Positions 57,789 through 64,000 of a stretch of 64,000 nt of DNA are shown in pieces. Positions within the stretch are counted from its first letter, which is position 1; every line of letters begins with the position of its first letter. This DNA comes from Octopus sinensis (Eukaryota): the NCBI RefSeq assembly GCF_006345805.1, contig NC_043005.1, positions 80,662,001 through 80,726,000 of the forward strand. Direction: 5' to 3'. The translations under genes and the position numbers were made by a program. The notes beneath the pieces are model-generated. The model searched no databases. It was not told the origin of the DNA and saw only the letters and a program-made list of their open reading frames with translations.

Positions 57789-58770
57789 TGCTAAATTACT
57801 TAAAGTAATAATAACATTAAAGTAATGATAATAGTAATAAAAGCCCTAATAACAATTCCTTCATTGCTGGCAGTAATTAACTTATGAACGTCTATTTCAT
57901 GGAAGGATTTGTTTTCATGTGACTTTACTGCTATTTATTATTCTTCATACGGAACTAAGATGACCTACTTTCTTTATCAACAAACAGGGTGATTATGATA
58001 AAAATTCAAGTAAATCAGTGTAGTTGACGACGATGGGAATGATGATGATGATGATGATGACGATGACTATTACGTTGAGGATGATGATGATTTAAGAAGG
58101 TAGTGTTTCAGGTTTCATTTAGGAAGATTTTGGCTGCTATTTCTAGATATCATGATACTACGATATTTGCTTCGTTGCTTTTACTGTTATGGTATTATAT
58201 AACATAAATCATCAGTCACCAACCCAGTTTTTGACACCGTGACAACGCACACACACACACACACATATATAGATATATATATATATTTATATATATGTAT
58301 ATATGTACGTGAATATACATATATATATATACATATATATACCTACATACATACATACATACGTATATATATAGAGAGAGTAGTGGTACAACAAGGCACC
58401 AATATTTACTGGAAATAGCAGTCGATATATTTACGATGCTATAGTAAAGCTTCACTGTATTTCTTTCCAACATCGTCCGTTTTTCCATCCTTGTTTCGTA
58501 TACATTCGAAGCATTTTTCCAAGGAATCTAATGCTCTTAGCTTAGTTTTTCATTGAGGCTGACCAGATTGGAGCAATCTCAAGATTAATCAGCCGAAATT
58601 GCGAGGATGATCCGGTTCTTGACTGAAGATTAAAGCCTTCGAATGACCTGTCCGTGTTTTTTGTATCGTCTATCTGGATGTTTTGCGTTCTTGTCCTATT
58701 TTGTATTTTATATATATATATATTTACACACACACACACAACACACACACACACACACACATATACATAC

Positions 58771-58832
<62 letters not shown>

Positions 58833-59319
58833 TATATATGTTTGTGAATGAGTCTTTATGTGTGTGCGCGCGTATTTGTGTATGTGTATGTATGTGCCTT
58901 GGTGTGTGTGTAAGTCTGTGTTGGTGAGTGTGTACGTGTGTACGTATGTGTATGTGTGTGCATGTGTTTGTGTGTGCATGTGTTTGTGTGTGCATGTGTG
59001 TGAGTATAAGTGTTTGTGGGAGTGGGTGTGCGTGTATGTGTGTGAAAGGAATAGCGTCATGATTCCTAGGTCCTTCTCAATAAAATTTACTCCCTAAAAA
59101 CCTTGTCAAAATAACCAAATACTTCGCATACGAAAAGCACTCGATGTGTATTTAATCCGATTATTACTTTGGGCCGCGTATTCCATAGACTGAGCCATTT
59201 TCGCATCATTATTCATAAATTCTATGTCTGGTCACTGTAACCGGGTAACGACCTACTTCCTTACATAATCAAGTGGGGTGTCTCTGATAAAGAAAAGTTC
59301 AAATATTCATTGTACTTTA

Positions 59320-59542
59320 TGCCGCCACCACCGCCACCGCCGCCGTCGCCACCGCCGCCGCCCACCGAGAGGACGACGACGACGATGACGATGATGATGA
59401 TAAGGGTGTCGACGACGACGACGACCACAATGACGATGATGATGATGTCCATGATGATGTCATTGATGATGATGGTGATGATGATAACGACGATGACGTT
59501 GACGATGATGATGATGATGATGACGACGACGACGACGACAAC

Positions 59543-59574
<32 letters not shown>

Positions 59575-59587
59575 CGACGACGACGAC

Positions 59588-59626
<39 letters not shown>

Positions 59627-59729
59627 AACGACAACGTTGGCGATGAAAATGTTCAGGAGGAGGAGGAGGTCGACGACGACGAAGATGACTGTGATTGTGA
59701 TGAGGATGAGGTGTCCAAGGAAGAGACAA

Positions 59730-59808
<79 letters not shown>

Positions 59809-59830
59809 CGACGACGACGACGACGACGTC
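59320..59830. repeat. Compound (GCC)/(GAC)/(GAT)n microsatellite array
   Basis: Direct reading; source of poly-M/T/S/H ORFs. Confidence 0.92.
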
Positions 59831-60329
59831 AATGATTTATATCCAGAATCTGTTTAGTAGTAACATTAGGCAGTTGTACGCAAGTATTTATATATGTATG
59901 TTTTGTTTCCCTTCTTTCAGTCATTCCACTGTGGCGATGCTGGAGCACCGCTTTGAATGGTTTTAGTTGAATGAGCCGACTCCACTTCAAGGTTGTTTTG
60001 TTTTTTTTTGTATAAAGTCTGGTACATATTCTATCGTTCTCGTCTGCCGAACCGCTAATTTTACGGCGTTGTAAATAAAGCCACACAAGTTGTCGAATGG
60101 TCGTGGTGGGACGGACATAAACAAAAGCACTAGCATAAACGCTCGCGAGCATGCACTCACACATACACATAAACACACAAGCACACACACAAACACACAC
60201 GCATCCCACATGCACACCCACGCACACACACACACGCACGCACACACACATACCCACATACACACCCAAGTACACACACGCAAACAAACCAAACACACAC
60301 ATACACACATGCGCATATACACACCCATG

Positions 60330-60379
<50 letters not shown>

Positions 60380-61080
60380 TACTAACCAGTTGGGAGAGTG
60401 TAAGCCGAACATATACATTCACTTACGTCTGGCGGGCGTCTGCTACTCTAGACCGATGATGGACAATGATCCTGAAACATGCGTGTCTCTAGATGCAGGC
60501 CTGGCTGCTGGTGGTGTTTGTCTCCCCTTCGTAAATGTATATAAGGACACAGGAAAAATGTGTCGAAGCCAGCAGGAAGTGTCGATGCTTCCTAGGGCTA
60601 AACAGCGGTGGTGTAACCCCCTACTGTCACGTTCACGTTAGATTGACAGTATACAACCATTCTCTCTCTCTCTAAATATATATATATAAAACCCAAAAAT
60701 AAGCAACAAGAATGGATCCGGTAATTTAGTACAATTGTTTCATACTATAACAATTTATTAAATCTGCAAATATTACAGCAAATATAATATGTAAAGTAAT
60801 CCTCAGCTAATTTCATATAGGTTTTCCAATAATGTAAAGTTCTCAAATCAATTAGTAACATCTCAGAGAGTGTATATTTACCGATAAAGTTGTAGATGTG
60901 AGTTCCAGGAATTTGAAGCAAGATGCCAAGCAAACCATATATGCTTTCCAACAATGTAAAGTTCTCAAATTAATTAGCGACATCCCAGAGAAGGTAAATA
61001 TACTTATAAAGTTGTGAATATAAGTTTCATGAAACATGAAGAAAGATGCCAGTCAGACCACGATTAAGTTCGCATCTAAC

Positions 61081-61112
<32 letters not shown>

Positions 61113-61169
61113 ACACTGACATTGCATTTTAACAGATTTATTTACCAATATTGCATTAAAATATCTTGA

Positions 61170-62330
61170 AATACTAAAGAGTAAAGTTATTGAATAAAAT
61201 CGCCATTGGCTTCAACCACCGCCTCCAGACGTCTTCGGAATCTCCTGCAACTCTTCTGGACGGTCTCCTTGTTTAAGTTGGTGGATGCTGCCATAATCCT
61301 TACCTTCAGTTCATCTTTGGTGTTATAAAGAGTCTTGTTGGTCTCTCGCTCAACTGCGCACGATATATTATAATCAAGCGGGTTGCAATCTGGGGAGTTA
61401 AGCGGCCTGATGTTAGGGATGATGTGGTGGCGATAATTGTCTGACCGCCATGACTAGGCTCTCCTGCTTGTCCGGCATGGCGCAGAGTCCTGTTACTAGA
61501 GATAGGGTCTTCCAGCAGCCATCCTTTTGACCCAGGGCAGCAGTACCTCCTCCAGGCACTTGATGTAGGCCTTTGTGTTGACTGTGGGAAGATTAATGGA
61601 GGCATAACATTGCCATCACTAGTGATCACTCCAAATACAATGAGGTTGACTGGTTGTTTGATTTTTATCACTCACTATACATTTTGGGGATTCAGCAAGC
61701 CAATGATTGTCCTGTGTGTTCACCACCATCTGATCCTGGCAGAAATGTTTCTCTTCTGGTAAAAAAAAAAAAAGCACGTTCGGTTGGAGAGGATGCTTGA
61801 GTTTATTCAAAAGTTTCGTACTGCAGTCTTTCTTCTAGGCATTGATGGCTTGGGATAAAAATTGGCCCTTTCTCACCTCGAGGAATACCGAATGTTATCA
61901 TGCACTACCTGCCTGATAAGTAACTCATACACTTCCATGTCTCTGGCGTTGGACCTTATTGACTTGGAGGGAGCGTTGTTAATCATGGCCAGGGATTCAC
62001 CAACAAATTCAGGAGTTCTTTTCTTATCATAACGACCAAGGTGAGTTTTCCGAGCTGCCGTACCTTCGTAATTACTGGCGTACCTTTGTACTCACCATTA
62101 GATTCTCCCAACTCTTTCTGAATCGTCTGCACTATCACCAGTTTGACACCCAAACACTCTGAAATGTTTATATTGGAGCTTCTGGCGTGAATGCCAAACA
62201 GTACAGCATGTCGTTTCCAAATTTCTGGCAGAGTGAATTGCGTCATGCTGCTGTTTTTGTCACAGACAGTGCCCAACTGACCCTACTGTACTGTGTTAGT
62301 CGACAAAATAAAAAAACAACAATGTGCACA
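61170..62330 (-). mobile_element. Degenerate Tc1/mariner transposase, DD37D type
   Basis: MTQFTLPEIWKRHAV... N-terminus; VFGVITSDGNVMPP; QDSAPC...NSPDCNPLD with 37 residues between the second and third Asp; multiple stops. Confidence 0.82.
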
Positions 62331-62536
62331 CGCGAAATAAAATTTATAAAATGCCTACAATTTACCCATCGCAACATGGGTTTGTACCTAGAAAGTTCCT
62401 CTCCGAGGCACAAGACCGAGATAAAGGGTTTTTTTTATGGAAGACAAGCAGTCGTCCATGCATATCAGCCCTCTTCTCCAAGGAAAAGGCAAAGGTCAAT
62501 ACAACTTGGTATTAGTGGCGTCGCAACTCATTCTCA

Positions 62537-63918
62537 CAGTAGAGGAACGTGAAATGAAACATCTTGCTCAAGAGCACAACACATAACTTGGTGCAGGAAT
62601 CGAACTCCGATTGTAAGCCCAACGCTCTAACCACTGAGCCACGCACCTTCCTAACCACCCCACTCCAGCATGTATGTATTTATAAATGTAAATACATACA
62701 TCCGTATTCGCAAACATCAAGTGAATAGTTCTTGCGTTTTCGTTATCCATTAGTGATAAGTGACTGTAATTTATAATATGTAACGTATTGGAATCCAAAT
62801 ATATTTACATTGAAATATATTTACGAAATAACTAAGAAATATGAAAATACTGGAAGTAGAATGAGTACATATTCAGCGTTAAAAGGGAACACTACAAACG
62901 GACCTCAGTTCGAAATAAACCATCATATCCCTAATATCAGCAAAAGAGAGTGATTTTCGTGTATCGTTATTCCCTCAACTGGTAGCGACAGAAAAAAAAT
63001 ATATATTTTTCAAGGGAGACAACTCTCTTATATTTGTGTATGACTTTACTTCCCTTGAAAGCTATAAAACATTTCTGCTTTTCGTTAAGAATAATATATT
63101 TTGGTGTCCGACAATGGACTAAAATAAACCCTCAGAGGTAGATAGAAATAGTAACACAGACTCAAAAGGAAACAGAAGTGCTTGAGAATAGTTTTGCATT
63201 CAATATGATGTGATCTACTACTACTACTACTACTAGACGTTTAAGAGAATGCAGTATTCTTTCTAATTTTGACACAAGTCCGTCGATTATGAGGGAAGGT
63301 GAAATTAAATTATCCTTTCTACTGGATTACACCGACCCCCAATGCGTAACTGGTACTAATGTTATTGACTCCGAAAGGGTGAAAGGCAAAGTCGATCTCG
63401 GCAGAATTTGAACTCAGAACGTCGTGACGGGTAAAATACCGATAAGCATTTCGTCCGGCCCCACTCTAACTTACATATATATATATATATATATATCCCT
63501 GGTTGTGTTTTCGTAACTCGAAACCCGCTCCTATTTGTTTGGACATTGAACTCGCTGGGAAGCATCTGACTGAGCATACGGAATGTTCAGTAGGTAGTCG
63601 ACACCCATAGCTAACAGTTGCATACTGTCCTTCTCTTTCAAATTGTGAAAGCTAACCATAACGCTTAATCTAAATACAGTGAGATTTTAAGATTTTACAG
63701 TAGAGGAACGTGAAATGAAACATCTTGCTCAAGAACACAACACATAACTTGGTGCAGGAATCGAACTCCGGCTGTAAGCTCAACGCTCTAACCACTGAGC
63801 CACGCGCCTTCCTAACCATCCCACCTCAGCATGTATGTATTTATAAATGTCTATACATACATCCGTATTCACAAACATCAAGTGAATAGTTCTTGCGTTT
63901 TCGTTATCCATTAGTGAT
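62537..63918. repeat. ~220-bp local direct repeat (62537-62757 and 63698-63918)
   Basis: CAGTAGAGGAACGTGAAATGAAACATCTTGCTCAAG...CCATTAGTGAT in both; includes a SINE 5' remnant plus flank. Confidence 0.85.
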
Positions 63919-64000
63919 TAGGGCTTATATGTGTTAATGTGGAATTAAATTATATAGGAGAGTATTGTAGTTCGCTCGAAGCATTGTGTATTGTTTGTAA

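Noticed and set aside
59310-60641. Poly-M/T/S/H and CV/HT-rich ORFs
   Set aside because: Products of trinucleotide and (CA)n microsatellites.

Overview
AT-rich, microsatellite- and SINE-dense animal genomic DNA. The repeat families look like Octopus/coleoid cephalopod (inference). The main host content, mostly missed by the ORF track, is a head-to-tail pair of minus-strand multi-exon genes for OxlT/oxalate:formate-antiporter-like MFS transporters. Gene B (57788->27168) assembles by hand into 11 GT-AG exons, 1554 nt, 517 aa with no stop. Gene A (21826->left edge) has the same exon sizes and phases for exons 1-5 (~74% aa identity, 172/233 by manual count), and its exon 5 is duplicated inside a ~1196-bp near-perfect tandem repeat. 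Introns hold three CR1-like LINE families, Dong/R4-type LINEs in (TAA)n microsatellites (one ~3.9 kb copy flanked by a 53-bp direct repeat), a DD37D Tc1/mariner relic, a probable Chapaev/Transib-type (RAG1-related) transposase relic, MITEs and fold-backs, Helitron-like elements, two tRNA-SINE families, a 554-bp tandem array and an orphan 18S rRNA 5' fragment. I see no unambiguous new biological system. The best leads are the divergent MFS pair (membrane Glu/His in place of family glycines), the frame-shifting exon duplication, and the possible long target-site duplication at the Dong insertion.
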